A stretch of 64,000 nucleotides of DNA from Escherichia coli (GTDB taxonomy: Bacteria > Pseudomonadota > Gammaproteobacteria > Enterobacterales > Enterobacteriaceae). Below, piece after piece: positions 49,785-60,967 of the stretch; within the stretch, counting starts at the first letter, position 1, and the number at the start of each line of letters is the position of its first letter. The position numbers and the translations under genes were made by a program. Where the stretch lies: assembly GCF_003334385.1 (NCBI RefSeq), contig NZ_QOWN01000001.1. One strand, 5' to 3'. Under the pieces are notes generated by a model. It saw nothing but the letters and a program-made list of their open reading frames with translations, did no database searches and was not told the origin of the DNA.

Positions 49785-50606
49785 ATGTCGTGTGAAGAAC
49801 TGGAAATTGTCTGGAACAATATTAAAGCCGAAGCCAGAACGCTGGCGGACTGTGAGCCAATGCTGGCCAGTTTTTACCACGCGACGCTACTCAAGCACGA
49901 AAACCTTGGCAGTGCACTGAGCTACATGCTGGCGAACAAGCTGTCATCGCCAATTATGCCTGCTATTGCTATCCGTGAAGTGGTGGAAGAAGCCTACGCC
50001 GCTGACCCGGAAATGATCGCCTCTGCGGCCTGTGATATTCAGGCGGTGCGTACCCGCGACCCGGCAGTCGATAAATACTCAACCCCGTTGTTATACCTGA
50101 AGGGTTTTCATGCCTTGCAGGCCTATCGCATCGGTCACTGGTTGTGGAATCAGGGGCGTCGCGCACTGGCAATCTTTCTGCAAAACCAGGTTTCTGTGAC
50201 GTTCCAGGTCGATATTCACCCGGCAGCAAAAATTGGTCGCGGTATCATGCTTGACCACGCGACAGGCATCGTCGTTGGTGAAACGGCGGTGATTGAAAAC
50301 GACGTATCGATTCTGCAATCTGTGACGCTTGGCGGTACGGGTAAATCTGGTGGTGACCGTCACCCGAAAATTCGTGAAGGTGTGATGATTGGCGCGGGCG
50401 CGAAAATCCTCGGCAATATTGAAGTTGGGCGCGGCGCGAAGATTGGCGCAGGTTCCGTGGTGCTGCAACCGGTGCCGCCGCATACCACCGCCGCTGGCGT
50501 TCCGGCTCGTATTGTCGGTAAACCAGACAGCGATAAGCCATCAATGGATATGGACCAGCATTTCAACGGTATTAACCATACATTTGAGTATGGGGATGGG
50601 ATCTAA
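49785..50606 (+). CDS. cysE: Serine O-acetyltransferase
   Basis: 273 aa; hexapeptide-repeat C-terminal region. Confidence 0.95.
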   Translation: MSCEELEIVWNNIKAEARTLADCEPMLASFYHATLLKHENLGSALSYMLANKLSSPIMPAIAIREVVEEAYAADPEMIASAACDIQAVRTRDPAVDKYSTPLLYLKGFHALQAYRIGHWLWNQGRRALAIFLQNQVSVTFQVDIHPAAKIGRGIMLDHATGIVVGETAVIENDVSILQSVTLGGTGKSGGDRHPKIREGVMIGAGAKILGNIEVGRGAKIGAGSVVLQPVPPHTTAAGVPARIVGKPDSDKPSMDMDQHFNGINHTFEYGDGI

Positions 50607-50620
50607 TGTCCTGTGATCGT

Positions 50621-50654
50621 GCCGGATGCGATGTAATCATCTATCCGGCCTACA
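50621..50654. repeat. REP (repetitive extragenic palindrome) element between convergent cysE and trmL
   Basis: gccggatgcgatgtaatcatctatccggcctaca matches the REP pattern GCCGGATGCG...CCGGCCTAC. Confidence 0.7.
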
Positions 50655-50658
50655 GTAA

Positions 50659-51132
50659 CTAATCTCTCAATACCGCTCCCGGATACCCCAACTGCCGCCA
50701 GGCTTCATACACCACTACCGACACCGCATTGGACAGATTCATGCTGCGGCTGTCCGGCACCATCGGAATGCGAATTTTTTGTTCAGCGGGCAGGGCATCA
50801 AGAATGCTCGCTGGCAGGCCGCGTGTTTCCGGGCCGAACATCAGATAATCGCCATCCTGATAGCTTACGGCGCTGTGAGCAGGTGTACCTTTCGTGGTGA
50901 GGGCGAACAGGCGCTGGGGATTTTCTGCTTCGAGGAACGCGCGATAGTCATGATGACGCGTAACGGCGGTAAACTCGTGATAGTCCAGCCCCGCGCGGCG
51001 CAGGCGCTTATCGTCCCAGGCAAATCCCATCGGTTCGATGATATGCAGACGAAAGCCGGTATTAGCGCAAAGACGGATGATGTTGCCAGTATTTGGCGGA
51101 ATTTCTGGTTCGTAAAGTACGATGTTTAGCAT
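50659..51132 (-). CDS. trmL: tRNA (cytidine/uridine-2'-O)-methyltransferase TrmL
   Basis: 157 aa SPOUT-family protein, [27 protein letters not shown]. Confidence 0.92.
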   Translation of the reverse strand: MLNIVLYEPEIPPNTGNIIRLCANTGFRLHIIEPMGFAWDDKRLRRAGLDYHEFTAVTRHHDYRAFLEAENPQRLFALTTKGTPAHSAVSYQDGDYLMFGPETRGLPASILDALPAEQKIRIPMVPDSRSMNLSNAVSVVVYEAWRQLGYPGAVLRD

Positions 51133-51180
51133 ACTGCCCCCTTAGTGCGGGGGCAGGATAGCAGAAAATTGGTGAGCAGT

Positions 51181-51325
51181 GCGGCCTTTTCCCCTCACCC
51201 CGGCCCTCTCCCCGGAGGGGCGAGGGAGAAAAAAAGAGTGCGGTGTCGTTTCAGAGTGAGGGAGTACATACAGCGCCGAACGGTCCCCTCTCCCTGAGGG
51301 AGAGGGTTAGGGTGAGGGGGCGCAA
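51181..51325. repeat. GC-rich composite palindromic intergenic repeat (nested ccctctccc / gggagaggg and cccctcaccc / gggtgagggg arms), possibly box C-like
   Basis: Nested inverted repeats read from sequence between lldD and trmL; family name is uncertain. Confidence 0.55.
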
Positions 51326-51329
51326 ACGA

Positions 51330-52520
51330 CTATGCCGCATTCCCTTTCGCCATGGGAGCCAGTGCCGCAGGCAACTCTTTACCCAGCCCCTGCACCAGCG
51401 AATCTTGCGTAATTTCGCTGATCGATTTCGCGCCAGTCAGCGTCATCGCCACTTTCATCTCTTTTTCGATCAGATTTAGCAGGTTAGCTACACCCGCCTG
51501 GCCCGCTGTTGCCAGCGCATACAAGAAAGCACGACCCAGCAGTACGGTGTCGGCACCGAGCGCAATCATACGCACGACATCAAGCCCGTTACGAATTCCG
51601 CTATCCGCCAGAATGGCTATATCACCTTTCACCGCATCTGCAATAGCAGGCAGTGCACGGGCGGAAGAGAGTACACCGTCCAGCTGGCGGCCACCGTGGT
51701 TAGAAACCACAATTCCATCAGCACCAAAACGTACTGCATCGCGCGCATCTTCCGGATCGAGGATCCCTTTGATCACCATCGGGCCATCCCAGAAATCGCG
51801 GATCCATTCAAGGTCTTTCCATGAGATGGACGGATCGAAGTTATTCCCCAGCCAGCCGATGTAATCTTCCAGTCCGGTCGGTTTGCCGAGATAAGCTGAG
51901 ATATTACCTAAATCATGTGGACGACCGTTCAGGCCCACATCCCACGCCCATTGCGGATGTGTCACCGCTTGCAAGTAGCGGCGCATTGCCGCGTTCGGGC
52001 CGCTCATACCTGAATGCGCATCACGGTAGCGTGCGCCCGGTGTCGGCATATCCACGGTGAAAACCAGCGTCGAACAACCCGCTGCTTTTGCTCGCTCCAG
52101 CGCGTTACGCATAAAGCCGCGATCGCGCAGTACATAAAGCTGGAACCACATTGGGCGCTTGATGGCTGGCGCGACTTCTTCAATCGGGCAAACGGAAACC
52201 GTCGAGAGAGTAAACGGAATACCATGCGCGTCCGCCGCTTTGGCTGCCTGAACTTCGCCACGACGCGCATACATGCCACACAAACCCACCGGAGCCAGTG
52301 CCACCGGCATCGACAATTTCTCATTAAACAGCGTCGTTTCCAGGCTTAAGTCGGACATGTTTTTCAGAATACGCTGGCGCAGCGCCACTTCTGACAAATC
52401 TTCCACGTTGCGGCGCAGCGTGTATTCAGAATATGCACCACCATCCATATAGTGGAACAGGAACGGCGGCAGAATGCGTTGCGCTGCGGCGCGATAATCG
52501 CTGGCTGCGGAAATAATCAT
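51330..52520 (-). CDS. lldD: FMN-dependent L-lactate dehydrogenase
   Basis: 396 aa, [38 protein letters not shown]. Confidence 0.95.
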
Positions 52521-53293
52521 GCGTTTTTCTCCCTCGAATGCTCATTATGCTCACCGGGCAGGCGGGTAATCCGTGCGTGGCGAGCCTGATCTTCATCGAA
52601 TCGTTTCATGGTGGTGTGAACAAAACTAAGGTGCGCCATCATTGCTTTACGCGCCCCGTCAGCATCACCGGCAAAAATGGCGTCAATGACAGCCTGATGT
52701 TGTTCGGTCAGTTGTGAAAAAACCGGTGGCACCAGATACATCCGCTGACGGCTATGCTTCACTGAGGATTGCAGGACATCGAAGAAACCGCGCATGGTTT
52801 GCAGCAGCACGATGTTATGTGAGGCTTCGGCAATCGCCAGATGAAAACGAACGTCCGCTTGTGAGGCGATATCCGGGTCTTCACTTAGCGTTGCTTCAAA
52901 GCAAAGCTGAATCTTTTCTTTGTCGCCAGGTGTGGCGCGCATTGCCGCATGCCATGCGGTGCTGGCTTCAATGGCGTAGCGGGCTTCCAGAATATCGAAA
53001 CTGTAATCCGGATCATCGGCCATCAGTGTTTTTAGCGGCTGGACGATGTTTTGCTCCGACCATGTGTCATGACGCCAGCGAATAAACGTCCCGCCGCCGC
53101 GTCGACTGAGCAGCACGCCTTCACTCACCAGTTTTGCCAGCGCCTCGCGCAGTGAATTACGTGATACGCCGAGTTGCATCGCCAGTTGGCGCTCAGCGGG
53201 CAACTTCATGCCCGCTTCCAGGTTTTTTTCATCAATCAGCGCCCGCACACGATCGGCAACCTCGTCTGACAGGCGTCTGGGTAAAACAATCAT
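52517..53293 (-). CDS. lldR: GntR-family L-lactate operon regulator
   Basis: ORF track 52517..53308; start at [24 protein letters not shown] (258 aa); start overlaps lldP stop (TAATG) and stop overlaps lldD start. Confidence 0.92.
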
Positions 53294-54948
53294 TAAGGAA
53301 TCATCCACGTTAAGACATAAGCCTGAAGCGTGGTGATCACGCCCACTATACAGGTGAAGATCAGGCTGTGTTTGACAGTAAAGCGGAACAAATCAGACTC
53401 TTTGCCCACCAGGCCTACCGCCGCACAGGCGATAGCGATAGATTGCGGGGAGATCATCTTACCGGTGACGCCACCGGTGGTATTGGCGGCAACCAGCAAC
53501 AGATCAGAGACGCCAATTTGTTGTGCTGCGGTGGCTTGCAGCGCGGCGAACAGGGCGTTAGATGAGGTATCCGACCCGGTCAGGAATACCCCCAGCCAGC
53601 CGAGGAACGGCGAGAAGAAGGTGAATGCATGACCGGTGTGCGCCAGTGCCAGCGCCAGTGTTGATGACAGTCCGGAATAGTTCGAAATAAAGGCGAATGC
53701 CAGCACCATACCGATGGAGTAGATGGGCAGAGCCAGTTCTTTCAGCGTGCTGCCGAAGGTGCTGATAGCGTCAGACGGTTTCATCTTCAGCCAGACAATC
53801 GAGAGCAGTGCAGCAAACAGAATGGCGGTGCCGGTGGCAGAGAACCAGTCAAACTTAAACACGGCGGCATAGGCTGTAGCCTCGCTGACCACTGGCGGCA
53901 TACGGGCAACCAGTTTATCGAGGTACGGCACCGGAATATTGATCACCCACTCATACAGCGCGCCACCCGATGCGAACAGGGCTTTAAACGGCGGGATACT
54001 CCACAGTGTTACGGTAGCTGTCAGGAACAGGAACGGTGTCCAGGCACGTAACACCTGACCCGCAGTGTAACTGGTGTGGGCCAGCGTCATATCAACCTGT
54101 GACGCCCCCAAATCACCAAAACGGAATACACGCACTGGCTGCCAGCGTTTGAGGAACAGCGTCAGGCAGAGCAGTGATACCAGCGAAGAGATAATGTCCG
54201 GCAGCTCCGGCCCAATGAAGTTAGAGCTAAGGTACTGAGCGATGGCAAACGAGCCGCCCGCAACCACGACCGCAGGCCACGTCTCTTTGATACCGCGCCA
54301 GCCGTCCATAATCGCCATGATCCAGAACAGCACGATAATGGTCATAAACGGTAGCTGCCGCCCCACCATCTGACCAATCTCAAAGCTGTCGATACCTGTT
54401 ACCTGTCCGGCAACCAGGATTGGAATGCCCATCGCACCAAATGCCACTGGCGCGGTGTTAACAATCAGGCACAGCCCGGCGGCGTACAGCGGTTTAAAAC
54501 CCAGGCCGACCAGCAATGCGGCGGTAATTGCTACCGGTGCGCCAAAGCCTGCGGCTCCTTCAAGGAACGCGCCGAAACAGAAACCGACGATCAGCATTTG
54601 CAGACGCTGGTCAGGGGTTATCGAAAGAATAGACGAGCGAATGATGTCAAACTGCCCGGTTTTCACCGAGATCTTATAGACGAACACCGCTGCAATAATG
54701 ATCCACGCGATGGGCCACAACCCGTAGAAGAAACCATAAACCACCGAGGCCAGCGCGTTAGCGACCGGCATTTTATAGAACAGCAAAGCCACGGCAAGGG
54801 CGATTGCCACCGTCCACGAGGCGGCGACGTATCCTTTCAGTTTGAGCTTAATCAGCGCAAAGAAGAAAAACAGGATGGGAAGCGATGCTATCAGACTGGA
54901 AAGCCAGATATTCCCGGCGGGATCGTAGTTTTGTTGCCAGAGATTCAT
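53293..54948 (-). CDS. lldP: L-lactate permease
   Basis: ORF track 53293..54975; start at [25 protein letters not shown] (551 aa). Confidence 0.92.
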   Translation of the reverse strand: MNLWQQNYDPAGNIWLSSLIASLPILFFFFALIKLKLKGYVAASWTVAIALAVALLFYKMPVANALASVVYGFFYGLWPIAWIIIAAVFVYKISVKTGQFDIIRSSILSITPDQRLQMLIVGFCFGAFLEGAAGFGAPVAITAALLVGLGFKPLYAAGLCLIVNTAPVAFGAMGIPILVAGQVTGIDSFEIGQMVGRQLPFMTIIVLFWIMAIMDGWRGIKETWPAVVVAGGSFAIAQYLSSNFIGPELPDIISSLVSLLCLTLFLKRWQPVRVFRFGDLGASQVDMTLAHTSYTAGQVLRAWTPFLFLTATVTLWSIPPFKALFASGGALYEWVINIPVPYLDKLVARMPPVVSEATAYAAVFKFDWFSATGTAILFAALLSIVWLKMKPSDAISTFGSTLKELALPIYSIGMVLAFAFISNYSGLSSTLALALAHTGHAFTFFSPFLGWLGVFLTGSDTSSNALFAALQATAAQQIGVSDLLLVAANTTGGVTGKMISPQSIAIACAAVGLVGKESDLFRFTVKHSLIFTCIVGVITTLQAYVLTWMIP

Positions 54949-55146
54949 TGCAGGTCTCCTGGAGTCCACGCACATCGTGTAATGAGTCTGTTGCTCATCT
55001 CCTTGTCACACGTTGTGTAAAAGTGGCACTGCCAATTGTGTTGTGTAGGGATAATGACAATGAATGGTTAACTAAATGTTATGTATTGGCAACATTGATG
55101 TGAGTTTTAATTGGGAAATTGTGAACCAGAGGTCAGATAAGCGAAG

Positions 55147-55163
55147 AATTGGTAGGGCCAATT
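55147..55163. promoter_or_regulatory. LldR/PdhR-type operator palindrome AATTGG-N5-CCAATT upstream of lldP
   Basis: aattggtagggccaatt read from sequence about 200 bp upstream of the lldP start; matches the published LldR O1-type inverted repeat as I recall it. Confidence 0.65.
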
Positions 55164-55249
55164 CTTGTGGGGGGAGATGTCTGGTAAAGAAAAGGGCAAT
55201 CCTCATCAGAGAATTGCCCTTAGGTTGTTGATCCAGAGCGCCTTATCTT

Positions 55250-55284
55250 GCCGGATGCGGCGTGAACACCTTACTCGGCCTATA
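55250..55284. repeat. REP element downstream of yibL
   Basis: gccggatgcggcgtgaacaccttactcggcctata matches the REP pattern. Confidence 0.7.
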
Positions 55285-55319
55285 GGAATGTGCAGAATCA
55301 CCCTGTAGATACTGTGTTC

Positions 55320-55682
55320 TTAAAACGCGGTCTTTGAAAACCCAGTCATCTCCTGCAGGCCCATTTCGCGGCCCAGTGCGGTCATTGGGTGCACAACGAC
55401 CAGTCCGCGAACACTTTTCTTCAGCTTGCCCATATCAGCCTGCTCTTTTTTGGTAATTGCGCGCTGGAATGGCATCTTCATCAGCTTCTGTGCTTCTTTA
55501 CTCAGTTTTTGGCTATGAACTTCACGCAGGCGAGCAATTTCTGCTTCCAGCGTGGCTTTCTCTTTTTCCAGCTCGGCATATTTGTCTGCGGCTTCAACCA
55601 GCGAAAGATCGGCCTGCTGGTGGCGGATGGCGTCCAGGCGATCGCTGAGACGTTTGATTTCGTTTTTTTCGACTTCTTTCAT
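55320..55682 (-). CDS. yibL: DUF2810-family protein YibL
   Basis: 120 aa, [55 protein letters not shown]. Confidence 0.85.
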
Positions 55683-55966
55683 GTGATGGCTTCTGATAAA
55701 GATAAATTTATAGCCCCTAGTATGCGCGACCAGGTGCTTTGTTCACAACTAATGACATTGTAATAGTTCTGTAACGTAATCATTAACATGCTCAAAAACT
55801 ACGCAATTCGTTGATTAATTAAGAAATCTATAGAAAAAAGATAATAAACAGCAGCGGATGATTATTGAGGATTCAGCACGTTTTCCTTAATGTCATCTTT
55901 ACCGGGAACCTAAACTAAAATTGGCGGCCGCGCATTCCCGGCGCGGGGTAATACGGAGATATCATC

Positions 55967-56176
55967 ATGGGCAAATTAGGTGAAAACGTTCCGCTTCTTA
56001 TCGATAAAGCCGTAGATTTCATGGCATCAAGCCAGGCGTTCCGGGAGTATCTGAAAAAACTTCCTCCCCGTAACGCGATTCCGTCCGGAATACCCGATGA
56101 AAGCGTGCCGTTATATCTACAACGTCTGGAGTATTATCGTCGGCTTTATCGGCCGAAGCAGGTAGAGGGGCAGTAA
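55967..56176 (+). CDS. yibT: Small protein YibT (69 aa)
   Basis: ATG with SD ggag upstream; [34 protein letters not shown]; position between yibL and mtlR as in K-12. Confidence 0.75.
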
Positions 56177-56195
56177 GCAGACGTTGCTTACTTTT
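56172..56195. terminator. 8-bp hairpin (agtaagca-gacgt-tgcttact) spanning the yibT and mtlR stop codons, followed on the plus strand by T-rich sequence
   Basis: Inverted repeat read from sequence; convergent gene ends. Confidence 0.5.
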
Positions 56196-56775
56196 GAAAG
56201 GCTTTTTTTAAGCTGATTTTGGAAATCAGCTCAGTCAGTGAAAGGACCATTGTTGATCGCACAGCCTGTTGATAGCGCTGAATTTGCATTGCATACAAAC
56301 TGGAGTCTGCTGGTTCAAACTGTGGCGGCGGTGGTAACGCCGCCACGCAGTGCAGTTCACCAAAGGGTCCAAGGATTTCGTCGTCGGTAAAGGCGTACTC
56401 GTTGCCGTCGTGATTTAGCTCTTCACGCAATGCCATCAGCAGTTCCGCATCTTCGTATTCCTGGCGGTTAATGACGCCCAACCCGTAAATGAGTTTTAAA
56501 CGCACAGAAAGATCGCCCAGCGGACCATCGCCGTCGAGTAACGGTTCTACAGCATACTTCACCGCGTAATCGTCTTTGCGGAATACCTGAAGCACCAGAA
56601 GATTTACCGCCTCGGTCAGGAGCTCGACGGCGGTGATCAGAAAGCTTCGCACGGTTTTGCCAGCATTCAGACGCTCAAGCACACGGTTTTCAAAGGCCTG
56701 GGTTTGTTCCATTGTTGCCTGCATATCTGACAATCTGTTATTCGGGCGCAGGGTGTCCTGCGCCTGGTCCACCAT
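56188..56775 (-). CDS. mtlR: Mannitol operon repressor
   Basis: 195 aa, [36 protein letters not shown]. Confidence 0.92.
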   Translation of the reverse strand: MVDQAQDTLRPNNRLSDMQATMEQTQAFENRVLERLNAGKTVRSFLITAVELLTEAVNLLVLQVFRKDDYAVKYAVEPLLDGDGPLGDLSVRLKLIYGLGVINRQEYEDAELLMALREELNHDGNEYAFTDDEILGPFGELHCVAALPPPPQFEPADSSLYAMQIQRYQQAVRSTMVLSLTELISKISLKKAFQK

Positions 56776-57923
56776 TATTGCATTGCTTTATAAGCGGTTA
56801 CCGCCTCGGATACAACCTCGCTGTTGGCATCAAGACCGGAAATCTGTGCCAGCGCCGCCTGCGGACCTTTGTCAGCGATCAGTGCTGCCAGTTCCTGAGC
56901 CTGCGGATCATCTTCACTGCGGAAGTGCATTGCAGCGGCAATACCTTCAATCAGGTTTTTATGTGGCAGACCATATTCCAGCGTACCGAGCAGTGGCTTG
57001 ATCAGACGGTCGCCAGCACTCAGTTTACGCAGTGGCTGACGGCCTACGCGCTCTACATCATCTTTCAGATACGGGTTCTCAAAACGGCCGAGAATTTTCT
57101 GGATGTACGCCGCATGCTTGTCAGCGTCAAAGCCGTAGCGCTTGATCAATACTGCACCACTTTCTTCCATCGCACCTTTTACCACCGCGCGGATTTTCTC
57201 GTCGAGAATCGCGTCACGAATGGTCTGATGACCGGCCAGTTTTCCGAGGTACGCGGTTATAGCATGACCCGTGTTCAGGGTGAAGAGTTTACGTTCGACA
57301 AATGCCATCAGGTTGTCGGTTAACTCCATGCCTGGGATGTTCGGCAGTGCGCCTTTGAACTGCGTTTTATCGACAATCCATTCGCTGAAGGTTTCTACCG
57401 TCACTTCCAGCGGATCGTTAGTTGCCGAAGCCGAAGGCGGTACGATGCGGTCAACGGCGGAATCGACAAAGCCAACGTGTTCTTCTACCCACGCTTTGGC
57501 GTCTTCCGGCAGGGCGTTCATCACATGGCCTTTCAGCTGCGTGGTACCGCGTACCATGTTTTCACAGGCGATGATGTTCAGCGGGGATTCATTACCTTGT
57601 TCTTTACGTTTCACCAGCCCTTTGGCGATTGCCGGAGCAATACGTTCCAGCACAACCGGGCCAACGGCGGTAGTGACTAAATCAACCTGAGCAATCAGAT
57701 CAACGACATCATCACCAATGCTGCTGACAGCATTGACGCCGGAAACGGTATCTACCTGCTCGGTTTCACCAACCACATGTACCTGATAGCTATGACGGGC
57801 ATTCAGGGCATCAAGTACCACCTGATTGACATCGGCAAACGTCAGTTGGATACCCGCGTCTGCCAGCAGTTTACCGATAAAGCCACGACCGATATTACCT
57901 GCGCCAAAATGTAATGCTTTCAT
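56775..57923 (-). CDS. mtlD: Mannitol-1-phosphate 5-dehydrogenase
   Basis: ORF track 56775..58241 (488 aa) over-extends through the upstream repeats; start at [24 protein letters not shown] gives 382 aa. Confidence 0.93.
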   Translation of the reverse strand: MKALHFGAGNIGRGFIGKLLADAGIQLTFADVNQVVLDALNARHSYQVHVVGETEQVDTVSGVNAVSSIGDDVVDLIAQVDLVTTAVGPVVLERIAPAIAKGLVKRKEQGNESPLNIIACENMVRGTTQLKGHVMNALPEDAKAWVEEHVGFVDSAVDRIVPPSASATNDPLEVTVETFSEWIVDKTQFKGALPNIPGMELTDNLMAFVERKLFTLNTGHAITAYLGKLAGHQTIRDAILDEKIRAVVKGAMEESGAVLIKRYGFDADKHAAYIQKILGRFENPYLKDDVERVGRQPLRKLSAGDRLIKPLLGTLEYGLPHKNLIEGIAAAMHFRSEDDPQAQELAALIADKGPQAALAQISGLDANSEVVSEAVTAYKAMQ

Positions 57924-57949
57924 AGTATTAACCTTCATCAATGTTTTTA

Positions 57950-58150
57950 CCCGAGAGGGCTGGGGTGAGGCTTTTCCCTCACCCAAACCCTCTCCGTGAG
58001 GAGAGGGGCAGCGCCGGATGCGGCGTAAGCGCCTTATCCGGCCTACAAGAACGTGCAAATTCAACAAATTGTGATGCATCCTGTAGGCCTGATAAGCGTA
58101 GCGCATCAGGCAATTAACCCCACCTTCTCCATGTGGAGAGGGTGGGATTG
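57950..58150. repeat. Repeat mosaic in the mtlA-mtlD spacer: two REP elements in inverted orientation (58013-58047 and 58083-58111) flanked by ccctctcc/ggagaggg and gggtgagg/cctcaccc hairpins
   Basis: Read directly from sequence; REP copies match GCCGGATGCGGCGTAAGCGCCTTATCCGGCCTACA. Confidence 0.75.
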
Positions 58151-58152
58151 GA

Positions 58153-60066
58153 TTACTTACGACCTGCCAGCAGTTCCAGCACTTCATCCACGCTGGTGGT
58201 GTGTGCCAGACGCTCGATGACGGACTCATCATCCAGTGCATTGGTCAGGCTGGTGATAACCTGAATGTGCTCGTTGTTACGGGCAGCAATACCAATCACC
58301 AGACGGGCAATGTCATCTTCTTCTTCACCGAAGCGCACGCCTTCCGGGTACTGGCAGAACACGACGCCCGTTTTCAGTACGCGATCTTTCGCTTCAACCG
58401 TACCGTGTGGCACCGCGATAGACTCACCCAGATAAGTCGGGGTCAGTTTTTCACGATCCAGCATCGCCTGAACGTATTCCGGCTCAACGTAACCGCCTTT
58501 CACCAGCTGCTCGCCAGCAAAACGAATCGCTTCTTCTTTGGTTGCCGCTTTGCGACCGAGGAAGATGTTCTCCGCGCCTAGCTTGAACAGGTTAGCACTG
58601 GAATCGTCAAAGCTGTCTTTCAGGCTGTCTTTTACTTTCTCTTCGTTTGCCGTGTGGCGTTGGGCAGCAACCAGACGTTCGGTCAGGCTGGTGTACAGGC
58701 CGCTGTCGAGGAAGTTGGTCAGCGAAATATGCTGTGCCTGCGGAACCTGGCGCATAGCGCGTTCGGTCAGGTCACGGTGAGTGATGACGAGGTCCACATC
58801 TGGCGGCAGGTTGTTGATCGCGCTGTTAGTAACAGAAATCTGCGACAGACCTGCATCCTGAATTTTCTTACGCAGAACGCCTGCGCCCATCGCACTGGAA
58901 CCCATACCGGCGTCACAGGCAACGATGATTTTACGTACGTGGCTCAGGTCGTTAGTCACATCGCCAGCAGACAGCGGAGATGCGCCTTTAGACTCAGCTT
59001 TCATGTCCTGCATACGACGAGTTGCTGCTTCAATATCATCTTCTTCTTTCACTTTGCTGGTTTTCAGCAAAATAGCAGAGACAACGAAGGAGACAGCCAT
59101 CGCCGCACACACACCCGCGATGTTAGCGAAGTAAGCACCTTTTGGTGTCATCGCCAGTACAGCAAGGATAGAACCCGGAGACGCCGGAGAAACCAGACCA
59201 CCGCCCAGGATAGTCAGCGTGAACACGCCAGTCATACCGCCGAGGATGACTGCGAGGATCAGACGCGGATTCATCAGCACATACGGGAAGTAGATTTCGT
59301 GGATACCCCCCAGGAAGTGGATGATTGCCGCACCGCCCGCAGACTGTTTAGCGCTACCACGACCAAAGAACATGTACGCCAGCAGCACGCCCATACCTGG
59401 ACCTGGGTTAGCTTCAATCAGGAAGAAGATTGATTTACCCAGTTCATGGGACTGCTGAATACCCAGCGGCGAGAAGATACCGTGGTTAATGGCGTTGTTG
59501 AGGAACAGGATTTTCGCCGGTTCAACAAAGATAGACGCCAGCGGCAGCATGTCATGGACAACCATGAAGTTAACGCCCGCAGCCAGCATTTTGGACAGGG
59601 CTTCAACAATCGGGCCAATGCCGAGGAATGCCAGAATAGCGAGGATCATCCCGATGATGCCTGCGGAGAAGTTATTCACCAGCATCTCAAAACCGGATTT
59701 GATCTTACCGTCTACCCAGCGGTCGAAGTGCTTAATGCACCAGCCGCCCAGCGGACCTGCAATCATAGAACCGAGGAACATCGGCATGTCTGCGCCGACG
59801 ATAACGCCCATGGTGGTGATGGCACCGACTACGCCGCCACGTTCGCCGCCTACCAGCTTACCACCGGTATAACCGATCAGCAGCGGCAGGAGATAAGTGA
59901 TCATCGGCCCGACCAGCTTCGCCAGCGTCTCGTTCGGTAACCACCCTGTTGGAATAAATAACGCGGTGATGATACCCCACGCGATAAACGCGCCGATATT
60001 TGGCATCACCATGTTGCTGAGGAAACGACCAAAGCTTTGCACTTTGATCTTAATATCGGATGACAT
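58153..60066 (-). CDS. mtlA: PTS mannitol-specific EIICBA component
   Basis: 637 aa, [37 protein letters not shown]. Confidence 0.95.
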   Translation of the reverse strand: MSSDIKIKVQSFGRFLSNMVMPNIGAFIAWGIITALFIPTGWLPNETLAKLVGPMITYLLPLLIGYTGGKLVGGERGGVVGAITTMGVIVGADMPMFLGSMIAGPLGGWCIKHFDRWVDGKIKSGFEMLVNNFSAGIIGMILAILAFLGIGPIVEALSKMLAAGVNFMVVHDMLPLASIFVEPAKILFLNNAINHGIFSPLGIQQSHELGKSIFFLIEANPGPGMGVLLAYMFFGRGSAKQSAGGAAIIHFLGGIHEIYFPYVLMNPRLILAVILGGMTGVFTLTILGGGLVSPASPGSILAVLAMTPKGAYFANIAGVCAAMAVSFVVSAILLKTSKVKEEDDIEAATRRMQDMKAESKGASPLSAGDVTNDLSHVRKIIVACDAGMGSSAMGAGVLRKKIQDAGLSQISVTNSAINNLPPDVDLVITHRDLTERAMRQVPQAQHISLTNFLDSGLYTSLTERLVAAQRHTANEEKVKDSLKDSFDDSSANLFKLGAENIFLGRKAATKEEAIRFAGEQLVKGGYVEPEYVQAMLDREKLTPTYLGESIAVPHGTVEAKDRVLKTGVVFCQYPEGVRFGEEEDDIARLVIGIAARNNEHIQVITSLTNALDDESVIERLAHTTSVDEVLELLAGRK

Positions 60067-60209
60067 AAAAACACCCCTTCTTATGTTTGCTGTCGCGCAG
60101 GCTGGAAGCCCGAGGTTTTTTGTTAATGTGGCGGCAGAGGTAGCCGGACCTTGTAGATACTGCGAAATCTGGCACTGAATCGGTTAACTGTCCAGTCGAC
60201 GGCCTTTTG

Positions 60210-60386
60210 TGTGATATCAATCACATAAATATAGGGGGTAGAGAGGTAATTGACGTGACGTTCATCACAAAACGCTTGTGTAAAAAAGCAACAAGGCGGC
60301 GATTTTCGCTAAAAATGGCATTTAAATGTGAGTAGTGTCACATTTTTGTTTTGATGGTTTGTTGAATCTTTGTGATCTGAATCACA
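60210..60386. promoter_or_regulatory. mtlA regulatory region with four CRP-type palindromes: 60210-60225 (TGTGAtatcaaTCACA), 60254-60269 (cGTGAcgttcaTCACA), 60327-60342 (TGTGAgtagtgTCACA), 60371-60386 (TGTGAtctgaaTCACA)
   Basis: TGTGA-N6-TCACA palindromes read from sequence 150-320 bp upstream of the mtlA start; multiple CRP sites at mtlA are established. Confidence 0.75.
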
Positions 60387-60602
60387 AGATATTTTCTTAC
60401 GGCGTTCACCTGATGTGATCTACAGCATGTTATGCCTTCGTCATACAATCGTTATGTAACTAAGCAACTCATCACCTCTAAAAATTATTCTTTGGTGTTA
60501 TGGCGAGAATCGCGAACCCGGATTATTGTCAAAATATCAGCCTGACTCCCTTCTGGCTGCCAGCCCAAAAACAACACTGATAAACGTGAATCCGAGGCAG
60601 AT

Positions 60603-60965
60603 ATGTTTCTAAACTATTTCGCGTTGGGAGTGCTGATCTTCGTCTTTCTGGTGATTTTTTATGGAATCATCGCGATACATGACATCCCTTATCTGATTGC
60701 CAAAAAGCGCAACCATCCCCATGCCGACGCTATTCATACGGCGGGCTGGGTGAGCCTGTTTACTCTGCATGTTATCTGGCCGTTTCTGTGGATCTGGGCG
60801 ACGCTCTATCAACCGGAGCGTGGCTGGGGTATGCAGTCACATGTTGCGTCGCAGGAGAAAGCGACTGACCCGGAAATCGCCGCACTTTCTGACCGAATTT
60901 CCCGGCTGGAGCATCAACTCGCCGCCGAGAAAAAGACTGACTATTCCACGTTCCCGGAGATCTAA
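60603..60965 (+). CDS. yibI: Small inner membrane protein YibI (DUF3302-like), two predicted TM helices
   Basis: 120 aa, [40 protein letters not shown]; stop 2 nt before the yibH start. Confidence 0.85.
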   Translation: MFLNYFALGVLIFVFLVIFYGIIAIHDIPYLIAKKRNHPHADAIHTAGWVSLFTLHVIWPFLWIWATLYQPERGWGMQSHVASQEKATDPEIAALSDRISRLEHQLAAEKKTDYSTFPEI

Positions 60966-60967
60966 TT

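Noticed and set aside
55927-55947. GC hairpin (ccgcgc-attcccg-gcgcgg) about 20 nt upstream of the yibT start
   Set aside because: Only a 6-bp stem with no flanking conservation information; insufficient to call a regulatory element.
58201-59940. Several plus-strand ORFs (126-259 aa) antisense to mtlA
   Set aside because: Shadow ORFs within the mtlA coding region; the translations are Arg/His/Gln-rich low-complexity sequence.
60403-60418. Possible fifth CRP half-site pair upstream of mtlA (TGTGAtctacaGCATg)
   Set aside because: The right half-site is degenerate; it is mentioned within the mtlA finding but not called as a feature.
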